Assembly: GCA_002269645.1 (NCBI GenBank)
Contig: NIVC01000694.1
Location: 310,001-374,000 of the forward strand
DNA: 64,000 nt
Direction: 5' to 3'
Source of the DNA: Macrostomum lignano
Taxonomy: Eukaryota
Part shown: positions 32,662-44,395 of the stretch, piece by piece
Numbering within the stretch: the stretch's first letter is position 1
How the letters are laid out: the number at the start of each line of letters is the position of its first letter
Notes under the pieces: generated by a model
Told to the model about the DNA's origin: nothing
Seen by the model: the letters and a program-made list of their open reading frames with translations, nothing else
The model's database searches: none
Position numbers and translations under genes: made by a program

Positions 32662-35600
32662 ATGGAAGGCAGCCCAGACAAGCAGATCCTCGTGGACGAA
32701 GGGAAACAGACCGCCAAGGTAGACAAACCGCTGACATTGCGGAAGTTCCCTCAGCTATTCTTCAGTGGCTTTTGCCCAAAAATACAGCGAAACCAAAAGA
32801 CCAAACTAAACAAAACAAACCAAGCCTGAAATATTTCAGAAGAAATGAAGAGAGTTCACTTTTCACCTACGTCAGCATACCAGCATACCCAATGTGCATA
32901 CACCAGACATTTACCCCTGCATGCGTTGAAATTATACCAATTTCCGTACCAAAGTAGGTGTTGGGACTCAAGTTTTAAAACAAATTTAAGGACAAATTCG
33001 TTTATAACAAAAACGCATTTCAATTAGAACTGTCACAATATTAATATTAATTGGAAGAAAGAAAGAAAATTATCTGAGCATGGTCAATGAATAAAAAAAA
33101 TTGTTTAAATGCGTCAATTTTTCGTGAGTACCACAAAAACGTACCGTTTCAAAACTGCTCTAGCTTCGAACAATGGAAAGCTTGCTTCAACTTATTTTCA
33201 GTTCGGGAGCTCCTGAGTTGTTCATGCGCGAACAGAAAGACTACAAAACCCGCTTGAGTTTTTTGAAGTTTTAATGCTTAGTTAGTTAATAATTAGTTAA
33301 TAAATACTAATAATTTATTAATTCATTACACCTGCCCCAAATAGGCTGCTGTGCAACCGACAGTTCAGCCGCAGTTATTGCGTTTATTTATTTATTTATG
33401 TATTATTCCATTATGCATTTATTTATTCGAAGTTTTGTACATTCATAGCTGTAGCTGACAAAATTATAGTAGCTCGAATAGAATTTATTTCTTTTGGGTG
33501 AAACTTTCCGCTAACTTGAATGAAATTCAAAGGGCTCAGGGCTATAACTTTTGCATACTAAAAATTAATTAACACACTAGATGAGATATAATTTAAACTC
33601 GCCTATATTGTCTGTTGTGTTCATCTTCTGTATTTCTGTTGCCGCAATCTTTATGTTCCTTTGACTAAGGCTTATCATTTTTATCAATAAGCAGTCAAAT
33701 AAGCTAATAGAATTCATATGCGATTTGTTCTTGAAATGGCAAACATTTTCATAAGTCTATTGAAACTGTTAAAGCATCCTTCATAGCCCTGGCAATTGCT
33801 TAACTTTGCAGGAGGCTGAAACGCCACCTGACGCGGAGGCTGAAGCACAGCCTGAAGCGGAGGCTGAAGCACCACCTGAAGCGGAGGCTGAAGCATCGCC
33901 TGAAGTGGAGGCTGGAGCACCGCCTGAAGCGGAGGCTGAAGCACCGCCTGAAGTGGAGGCTGGAGCACCGCCTGAAGCGGAGGCTGGAGCACCACCTGAA
34001 GCGGAGGCTGGAGCACCACCTGAAGCGGAGGCTGAAACACCACCTGAAGCGGAGGCTGGAGCACCACCTGAAGCGGAGGCTGAAGCACCACCTGAAGCGG
34101 AGGCCAGCCCAGCAAGGTCGGTGCTGACTGGAGTGCTGCTGGACGTGTCGGGGTCAATGAAAGAAAGCTTCAGCTCGGAGAAGGCTGCCGAGGCAGTGGG
34201 ATACGTAGTTCGTAACAAGTGGGTTCGCTCCATCTTCAGAGTTGCTGATCAGCTGATCGAGCAGGACGCACCGGAGGAGAGCCGCTTGTTTGCGATCGGC
34301 GTTGGAGCCGAGGATAGAGCGGAAGGCATTCCGCAGTCCCCAGTGGTCTTTGACATTCTCGCTTCGCTCGATGAAAGGAGAGCTGAAATCGAAGCCATCC
34401 GGGTGAGAATGCAGCGGGTGCGCGAACTGTGGCGGAGTTACCCCGGAAAGGTTGAAGTATTTGATGAAGCATTCTCTATACTAGAAAATGAAGGTGCAAC
34501 AGAAATCCGATTCTGGGGCAGAATGGACATCATGCACAAAGCTGTGGATCTCCACGTTGCATATCAGATTCTTGACCATCTCAAGACGGACGAAGACTTT
34601 CGGCATAAAATGGCCATGGAATTTCTTCCAGACGAATGCAGAAACCCTTCTAGCAGTGCGCGGAGAACCGTGGCAAAACTAAATCAGCCTTTGAGTGCCT
34701 CAGATGAAGTGAAAAAAACTGCTACAACCAATGCTGCAAAACGTGTGATTGAAAAATGCAAAGCCTATCTAATGAAGAGCCTTATTGACCAAGCAATAAA
34801 GCTTCTAGAGCAAAACGGAGCTCCCGATCTGAGTTCAGAACTCATGGAAATTGACATCGGCCAGATGGTCAACTTTGACAGTGCCGCTGCGATTCTGAAT
34901 CAGCTTCAAAATAATAAAGACTTTTTGGAAAAGGCAACAAACAAACTGATTCCTGAAGAATGTAAGAGACGAAGTAAAAAATTGCAAGAATTATTTGAGC
35001 AGAAAATTCAAAGCAGTGTAAGAGAAATAGCTGCACCAGCTCCAACATGGGCCACACTAATGCTCATGCCAGCAGCTGCAGCAGCAGCAGCAGTAGGAGG
35101 AGTCCGTTGGATAATGCGGAAGGATAATAATGAAGGACCGGCTCTTGCGGACATTGATTTTCCCGATTTCTATCACGAACACTTACGATTTTGTTCTCAG
35201 ATTCCTCTTGCAAAAGAAGTGAAGACCGCGGCAACGAGTGCGGCTGTACATAGAACCATTAAAGAACTCAAAAGGCTTACGCAAAATGAATTGGATCATG
35301 AGCACAGGCAGGGACTACTTGCAGACATTGTAAAGGAAGCTATATTAATACTCGAAAAAAATGGTTCGCCAAAGCTGAGCGACAAGCTTCACGAAATCGA
35401 CTTTCAAAATTTGGTAACTCTGGATGCCGCCAAACAGATTTACAAGGCGCTCAATACCAATAATGACTTCCTGAAGAGTGTCGTGAACGAGTTCATTCCC
35501 ATGGAATGTAAGAATCGCGACTCAGAAATGGCCAAGAGGGGATGGACCACAGCCGAAACTGGAGCAACGGTATTTACAGTTGCATGCCTAGCCGGCGGTA

Positions 35601-37291
35601 TGTTAACCGGTGGAGTAGCAGCTGTGCCAATCGCAGTTGGAGCCGCCGCTGTTGTTCAACGTGCAGAGAAATCTACGGACAATCGTGTGAGCGGAGCCAC
35701 AGAGGATTCCGTCAGGGAAGTCATACAGAAGTGCAGAGACTATATTAAAAAGAAATGGGAAAATCAGTTTCCACCTAAACAACTTCTTCACATGTCGCAA
35801 AAGTCCATCTTCAGTGCAAAGGAAGCCAAAACTATTCTGCGCTCCTGCGCCGATGGCGAGACGGAGCTGACGGATCAGGACATCGACGAGCTGATGGAAG
35901 CCTTGGAGCCCTACATTTACGGAGGAACCCCGCTGATGGAGGCAATGTACAACTCGATTGATCTTTTTAAACGCCATGTCTGCAAAACACGAAAGAACGA
36001 TAAACTTTTATTCGTTTTATCCGACGGTGAACCTGCCGACTCAAAAAGTTTCGACCTGAAAGCTCTGCTGAAGCAACATCAGGACGCAAAGGTCACAATT
36101 GTGTCCTGCTACATAACAAAGACAGACATGCGTGAACCGCGTCGCCTCTACAGCACGGATTGCGAGGAGTGGGAAAAAGCAGCGAAAACTATGTTTGAAA
36201 TGGCCTCGACAGTCTCCACCCAGAAGGTCCCCAGAACCCTGTTCATCCGAAAGGGCTGGACAATCGACACCGACAACAATGAGACCCGACTGTTCTTCCA
36301 GATCAATCACCCCGACCTCATCGATGAGGTCTGCGACATCGCCAAGAGCTGCGTGTGCTCGCAGGACGCGCTGTCGGACGTGCTGGCCGACGTGGACCTC
36401 GACCTGTACATCAACAGGGCCAACGAGGGCTTCGAGCCGCAGCGACAGTCGGAGCTCACCTGCTATGCAGTCGCGTCGGCGACCGTCATGCACCTGAGCA
36501 TGCTCAGGGTTGTGGGTCGGGACGGCGGATATCCGAACTTCTTCCAGCTCAGAGACGAGATCGTCGCTCAGTTCGGACAGCGCAGAGCCCGCACAGTCGA
36601 GGTGCTGCGGACAGTGTGTCCGGAGTACCGGCTGCAGTGCAAGGAGGTCGATGAGAGAGCCGCGCTGGACGCCGTCATCGCCAAGCAGCCAGTCGTGGCG
36701 AGGTTCCACCTCACTAAGAGCGAGTGGGGCAGCTTCAAGCAGTTCTTCAAGCAGAATCCCGAAGGCATTCTCACAAAGTCGGAAATCGACATCAGCCAAA
36801 GACCCGTTGCACAGAAGACTTTCGGACACGCGGTGGTGCTGATGAGCTTCGACAGACACAGCCTGAGGCTGATGAACTCGTGGGGCTCCGGCTGGGGCGA
36901 CGGCGGCTTCTTCAGAGTGCAGAGCGCAGCCGTGCTCAGGATGAAGTTCATCGATGTGTTCTGGACCGAGGAGCAGCTGACTGAGGCCGAGAGAGCCGCC
37001 TTCAAAGAGCGCGGACCGGGCGTCGCTGAAAAGCTGTTTGCCTCACTGAAGGGTCTGCAGACATGCAAGTACGGGTGCCCGCTGTGCAAAAGGGAGTCTC
37101 TGGTGTCGGAGTTCTCGGGACACACGCTGGAGGCCAGGTGTCCCAAATGCAGGCGCAGCTTCAATGCGAACCTGGCGGGCAGCGACCTGGCGCTGAACCT
37201 GTACCTCACCTCGCTGCTGCCCAGGAAAACTCCAGAGCAACCCACTGACAACACGCCCACAGGTGAACAGGAAAACCGTGAGCTTAAGTGA
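32662..37291 (+). CDS. Large protein: PEAEAGAP repeats, split vWA domain with three inserted helical repeats, papain-like (C1-type) cysteine protease, C-terminal Zn ribbon (about 1178 aa)
   Basis: The main exon 33812-37291 begins at a ctttgcag| acceptor. A candidate first exon 32662-32718 (MEGSPDKQILVDEGKQTAK, aag|gtagac) joins in phase 0 but is less certain. Motifs: LLDVSGS, YGGTPLMEA, LFVLSDGEP, QSELTCYAVA, FGHAVVL, MNSWGSGWGDGGFF, CPLC...CPKC. Confidence 0.8.
33812..34105 (+). repeat. 24-bp coding tandem repeat (PEAEAGAP-like), about 12 copies
   Basis: Unit cctgaagcggaggctggagcacca and variants, in frame with the downstream ORF. Confidence 0.9.
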
Positions 37292-38430
37292 TGAAAAGAT
37301 AAACTTTCGTTTCATGACAACTACTCTGTGAGTGCGTCATGTACTTTTGTTACCCGTACACTTTTTATTGATTATTGAACTTAAATTTTCCTTTTTTTTC
37401 TTTTTGCACTCGGATTTCATTTTATAATTGCTGCGAATGGGTTTAGTTGGAGCAGCGTTGCTAAAGCCTCTGGAATGCTCAAAGCTGCTGCATCTGTTTT
37501 ATCACAGTGCTCAGTAGTGAATTTTCAGTTTTTTGTACAGTTAATTCTTCACTTTTCTAAGCAACTCGTAACGTTACTACGAGCAAGGTTGACTGAAATC
37601 GCTGAAAATTGGCTGCCAGTGCACACATTAACAATAACATTTATATGCTTAGCTTCTAACCCTTACTGCTGCTGAAGTCTGCGAGATTTATGCTTCCATT
37701 ATTATCACACAGAATTTTATTTTCTGGGCTGTGTCTGCAAACTTCGTTTTTTTCATCCCCTCCAGGAGCCGCTGCTAGCCATGCAGCCCGAAGTTCATTT
37801 TGGTGTTGATGTTTTTATTAAGACAGCCAATTGTGCCACTGCTACATAGCTCATATTATTGTGTTTTGCTCTAAAAAAAGAATAGACGCCCTGCAATAAA
37901 CTGAACAATAGTGGCTCATTCTGTCTGTCAGTGGCGCCGCAGGGGCTGAGCTCGAATCATATGTCCGGAGACAGACACCCAAATATGCAGTATTCAAATA
38001 GGCAGAAAATGCGGTGAGACAGTGGCACCTGCTCAGCAGTGTCTCGCTAGGTGCCGACCATCTTTACCAACATCACAGCTATAATGATACGGAAAAGTCG
38101 GCTTGGACACCAGAAGCGCATAACTGAAAAAATATTAATTGCTTTGCTTTCTCAGACCCTTTGCAGTCGAAAACATCAGACTGGGCGGGCGTGCTACTGC
38201 TGTAAGATCGCTGGGGTGAAAATTATTGTCAGCTGCTCATTTCTACTCCCCCCCCCAGCTCATTCGCTGCACTCAACGTAATTGAATTGTTTTGATAACT
38301 CATATAATATTTTGCAGTTGGCTGTGCTGTGTGTTTATTAATATTTGGATACTTGGATACTTTTTTATACGGTGGCCATGGCAAATAAATTTTATATTCC
38401 GGCTGCATCCATGTGCGCAGACTCAGACTT

Positions 38431-39645
38431 TCACCTACTCAGTTTACCTGCTCAGTTTACCTACTCAGTTTACCTACTCAGTTTACCTACTCAGTTTACC
38501 TGCCCAGTTTACCTACTCAGTTTACCTACTCAGTTTACCTGCCCAGTTTACCTGCTCAGTTTACCTGCCCAGTTTACCTACTCAGTTTACCTGCCCAGTT
38601 TACCTGCTCAGTTTACCTGCCCAGTTTACCTACTCAGTTTACCTGCCCAGTTTACCTACTCAGTTTACCTGCCCAGTTTACCTACTCAGTTTACCTGCCC
38701 AGTTTACCTACTCAGTTTACCTGCCCAGTTTACCTGCTCAGTTTACCTGCCCAGTTTACCTGCTCAGTTTACCTGCCCAGTTTACCTACTCAGTTTACCT
38801 GCCCAGTTTACCTACTCAGTTTACCTGCCCAGTTTACCTACTCAGTTTACCTGCCCAGTTTACCTACTCAGTTTACCTGCTCAGTTTACCTGCTCAGTTT
38901 ACCTGCTCAGTTTACCTGCTCAGTTTACCTGCTCAGTTTACCTGCCCAGTTTACCTGCTCAGTTTACCTGCCCAGTTTACCTGCTCAGTTTACCTGCCCA
39001 GTTTACCTACTCAGTTTACCTGCCCAGTTTACCTACTCAGTTTACCTGCCCAGTTTACCTACTCAGTTTACCTGCCCAGTTTACCTACTCAGTTTACCTG
39101 CTCAGTTTACCTGCTCAGTTTACCTGCTCAGTTTACCTGCTCAGTTTACCTGCTCAGTTTACCTGCCCAGTTTACCTGCTCAGTTTACCTGCTCAGCTTA
39201 CCTACTCAGTTTACCTGCTCAGCTTACCTGCTCAGTTTACCTACTCAGTTTACCTGCTCAGTTTACCTGCCCAGTTTACCTACTCAGTTTACCTGCCCAG
39301 TTTACCTACTCAGTTTACCTGCCCAGTTTACCTACTCAGTTTACCTGCTCAGTTTACCTGCTCAGTTTACCTGCTCAGTTTACCTGCTCAGTTTACCTGC
39401 CCAGTTTACCTGCTCAGTTTACCTGCTCAGCTTACCTACTCAGTTTACCTGCTCAGCTTACCTGCTCAGTTTATCTACTCAGTTTACCTGCCCAGTTTAC
39501 CCACTCAGTTTATCTACTCAGTTTACCCACTCAGTTTACCCACTCAGTTCATCTGCTCAGTTTATCTACTCAGTTTACCTACTCAGTTTATCTACTCAGT
39601 TTACCCACTCAGTTCATCTGCTCAGCTTACCTACTCAGTTTACTA
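38431..39645. repeat. 13-bp satellite, about 90 copies
   Basis: Units cagtttacctact, cagtttacctgcc and cagtttacctgct. Confidence 0.95.
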
Positions 39646-42424
39646 TTAGTATTTCACCAAATACAAGACAGGCTCACAGCAGCTGTACATTGAGTATTTT
39701 ATAATCTCCTGAACTCAAAATCTGCCGCATATGATCTTCGACCGAAGACACAAATTGTTGTTTGCTTGAGTAATTCGAGTAATTACAGAAAATTCAACAA
39801 AAGCAGAATTTCGGATCAGCCACATGAATAGATGATGAAATATGAGTACAATAAAATTTTTGAAAAAAGCTCTATAAAAGCAAGCAATGGAAGTCAGTCG
39901 TCCTTATATTTTGTCACCACAAACGAATGGCAAACTCCAAAATCCCTAACCTAAATTGATTTTCCGACAATAAGGGTTTTCTTGCTTTCGATCATTCTAC
40001 TCTTAATTTTCTTTAGCGGTCAATCTCGTAAGTTATCAAAACTATCGGAAGAACGAGAGAAATTATCAAAATGAGTAGACGAGAGATTGATGAATTAAGT
40101 GATTGATTAGGAACTGGAAGCTGCCACGCACCATTGCGGTGTTTTCCACCAAGGGCCACTAGAAGTTACCGATGTACATGTATCATGAAATTACCGAAGT
40201 TAAAACGGTAACTTCTTAAGTAGTCCTTGGCCTCCAATTTTGTTTGAGCTCTTTTCATCTAATCAAGAATTGACACCAATAAGAGGTTCTGTCGCAAAGC
40301 CATTTTACGAGCGTAAGAAAAGGACTTTATAACTATGAGTATTTTGCGTTCCTTCCCCTCTACAGTATAACCCGAATCTTCCTTAGCCCTTACGTGCGAG
40401 CTAAAGTCGAGGTCAATTTCGACTACTTCTAACTAGACTTCAAATTTAATCTAAAAAACTGCACATTCATCACCCAAAACTAAGCAATCTAAAGTGTAAT
40501 TCTTAAATGACATGAGACTTATGATAGCGTATGGTCCCGCGGATTTAGGGCTGAAGCGCTCAAACTTATCAAACGAAACCTGACTTGTGAAACGGGACTT
40601 ACGCAAATCTCTACAGTACGTTTAAAAGTAACTACTTGAATTGATCGGGAGACAGCGCCACCGCGGATTTGGAAGACACTGCCATATATGAAGACATTTA
40701 GTATGGGTGCAGGGATTATATTTATTATAATTTTTATTATATTAGTATTATTATTACTGGGCTCCTATACATGATTACTTTTTCCCGTACCATATGAAGC
40801 CCATGCCATGAAGCCCATGGCAATTGCATTCTGGCTTGTTTACTGTAAATTAACTGGGTCCCCGACTAGTCTAGATATGCTGGAGTCTGCGCAATTTGCT
40901 ATCGAGGCCCGGTACTGAGTAGATCGTATTCCTCATTTAAATATTGTATAATAAAGGCAAGCTGTCGAGCTCTGATCGACGGCCCCATTATTGTCGGTAT
41001 TTTGACTAAAACTTTTAAAATCGCCTAACTGAAATTGGCGAAAGCGAAGAACTATAGACCTTCTAACCAAAATTATACCCATTTATTTATTTTTATATAT
41101 CGATTTTTTATACCCCAAAAATCTATCCCAGCTCCCTCGCCTGGCATGCATCTATGCAACATCTGTGGTATGCAGGCTATATAAGAATTTCGTTTTTATG
41201 ATACAAAATATTCCTAAGATCACTGGTAAGCAATACATATTATCTCGGCAGGTAGGGAAAATGATTTGAGATCTCGAGCTCTAGACAGGACTACTCAGGC
41301 TTCAGGGTTTTTACCGTTTTTGGTAACACGATAATTGCTAATTTACAATAACATGTAGTTAATTATTAAACTATGTTTTATTTTCATTTTCTGTGCGTTA
41401 AGTGCTTAAACTTACAAAAATAAAAAGAACTTTCAACAGTTGCAACAAACTTTGTTTAAAATGAGCTTTCTTAAATAAACCGGAAAAAATAAAAGACTAA
41501 CTCAGTCCTTCAAAAGCCAAAGGGGCCCGCGTACTCTTGCTTGCTTTGCAATGGGCCATGGGTTTGTCTTTCTGAATTCAGCAATAAGAACGAGACATAT
41601 TAAGGCTAAAATATATTACGTATATTAATTACCTATGTTGAAAATATTTATATTGTTGCGAGTCTAGTTACCAGTATTGATTAGTAAATTAGTTGAACTT
41701 AAAGGTTAGGTAACATATGAAGGTCAATCTTATAAGTTTTGGCTTTACTTGCCAGATACCTTGTGTCTATGATACTTTGATGCCAATTAATTTCTTCAAC
41801 TTTAGGTAGATAAAATAGAGGCTTTTTTGATAGGATTTTTGACTTTTTGTATCTTTTGGTTTGGAGGCTTTTGATAAGGCTGATTTCAAATTTAAGCCTT
41901 AGCCTTATTCATTGAGTCATGACATTCTTGGTGTAGCTTATAGGGACCTAATTTAAATCAAGTAGCCCTATATTTAGCTTAAAGCCACTAACCAGGGCAT
42001 GGGAAATTGTGCATTTTAGGGTGGGGGACATTCTTCATAAGAATTAATTTTATCTAGGCCTACCTGCCACGCCGCCTACCCTAGTTCAAGAAGTCCTAGA
42101 CTAGAAGCTAGCTTATACTCCCATGGCCAGGGTTTTTCTTTTGTTTGGGAGGGTGTGGCTTTAGTAGGTGCCATTATTTAGGAAGGGGTGCCATTGCCAG
42201 GGCAAGGGGTGCCTAGTTTGTATGACTTTGTATGACTCTCAAAACTATAAACTAATAGATCATTGGCAATCTTTTACTTTACTGCGTTTAATTAATTTAA
42301 CCATTTTTTTATTTCAGAACATAAAGATGGTAGGAGGATAAAAGGTAAGTGTCTTTAAGTGTCAAGTAAGTCAATTAGTCAGTAATAATGAGCTACCTAG
42401 TATAGGAAGTTGCCAAACTCCTTT

Positions 42425-42680
42425 CTAGGAAAGAGCCAGTGCCAGAGATACTTATTGAGATGAGATTCAAACAAAGCTTCAGAAGTGCCATGCATCACCC
42501 GGAACTTTGCCTTGAAATGGGCCCACGACCTCTTGATGGTGTTTGTATAGATCAATGGGTCATTAGTGTAGACAAAGGTAAGTCAATAATTCATGACAAT
42601 GTAGTTCTGGCATTGTTCACATGCCCGAGAATTTTGCAATAGCCTGTAGGGTGGCCAGCCAGTGAATAGTTTTCTGGCTG
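42425..42680 (-). mobile_element. Degenerate Merlin (IS1016/ISXO2-like) transposase C-terminal relic
   Basis: The minus strand reads VMNY*LTFV...YTNTIKRSWAHFKAKFRVMHGTSEALFESHLNKYLW. This matches the Merlin/ISXO2 pattern VNH...FV...HTNTIE..W...K...HG.S...HL.EY.W, with an in-frame stop. Confidence 0.65.
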
Positions 42681-44084
42681 TTAGACGTCAGCAGCACAAG
42701 CTCACATAGTATGATATCAATGTCACACAGCTTGGCTGCTAGCCTTAGCCCTTAGATTGGCCTTGGGCACAATTGTAGTAGGTGCAAAAGGCCTTTTAGC
42801 TATAAGTAAATTGGCTGAAATGAGAAAGAAAAGTGAAAAATATTTAAATGCAGTAAAGTAAAAGATTGCCAGATCATTTTTTCTAGTTTAAGGGATGTTC
42901 TACTATGCACCATAGAGGCCACTTAAACTTAATTGATCACCTTGCATTTTTAGCTCAAATAGGCCTAGTCAACAATCTTGCACCAAAAACTATATGAGCA
43001 TCTTTTTGCCCTTGAATCAGGTGTCTTTTACAATGAGCAATTTAATTGATGAGGCACTATTATAGCACTAAGCCATGCATAGCATAAAGTCCAACCAACA
43101 AAAAATTGTTACAGCAATCTTTTTACTACTAAGCCAAATATCTTCCTATGAGTTGGTATTGCCAATAATTTCAGATACAAGCTCTAGCTTTAACACAGGG
43201 TCTTTATTCCACTGCACAAAGCCATCAGTCAATGGATGGTAGATAGGTAATGGGCAATGATCACAAGCTGCTCTCTTTTCTGTAAATACATAGTCTCATC
43301 AACTATCAAAGCCTAGCATTCAGCATTCTGAACTTGCAAGATAATCTTCTCTCTTAGCAGCTTCAAGGCTATATTGAGAACTTCATTCTAGTTCTATGGA
43401 AAAAGATAATAAGCATTAGCAATAGCAGCTACATGACTTACCTGGTTTATAAGATTAGCATTGCCACCTCAAGCTTGGTAACACAATGGTGCACAAAAGT
43501 TCCTATTGTTCATTTCAGGCTTGCCACCATCTAATAGAAGTGGCTGATTCATAAGCTGCAATTGAATATCTTGGTCTTTTTCTCCATTGTGAATGTGCCT
43601 CTCAAACTCTTTCATTTTTTCATAGTTTGCAATATGGCATGCACTTTTTCATGCAGTGAGAGTATACTTTGTTTTCCTGTTAAATCATCAAACCTCTATA
43701 TAGGCATTGAAACAAGTGCACAGGCTTTCTGTCCACAACTGGCTATCAACTCCAATGCCCAAGGAAAAAAGAACACAAGGTGTACATAATGCACCTTCTA
43801 ATCTAAAAATTTTACTTAGCAACAACCATGGAAAGCAGCTTTCTTTTATATGAATGCCTTTGAACATGATAAAGAGAAAATAAGTAATCATTTTCATGAA
43901 TGGGTCTCCATGGCTACAAAAATAAATTTGTTCTTCACTTAAAAAGTTATTCAACTTTTGCATTGCAAGACCAATATCTCATAGCAGATGCTAAATAATA
44001 GCTTGATTACAAAAGTGAGCATGTAGAAGTAGAACTGGTAGCTTGGTCACCAGCAGAGGTGCCTTTACTGGAAGAATAGAGGCC

Positions 44085-44395
44085 CTCACTGGCAGAATGG
44101 GCGCCATCACTGGCAGAATAGGCGCCATCACTGGCAGAATGGGTGCCATCACTGGCAGAATAGGTGCCATCACTGGCAGAATAGGTGCCATCACTGGCAG
44201 AATAGGTGCCATCACTGTCACTAGCAGAATAGGCATTATCACTAGTAGAATAGGCGCCATCACTGGCAGAATAGGCACCATCATTGGCAGAATAGGTGCC
44301 ATCACTGTCACTGGCAGAATAGGCATTATCACTAGTAGAATGGGCACTATCACTGGTAGAATGGGCACTATCACTGGTAGAATGGGCATTATCAT
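44085..44395. repeat. About 21-bp minisatellite
   Basis: Unit atcactggcagaataggtgcc and variants. Confidence 0.9.

Noticed and set aside
38292-39704. Three overlapping 426-470 aa ORFs
   Set aside because: They are translations of a stop-free 13-bp satellite in all three frames, with no evidence of coding.
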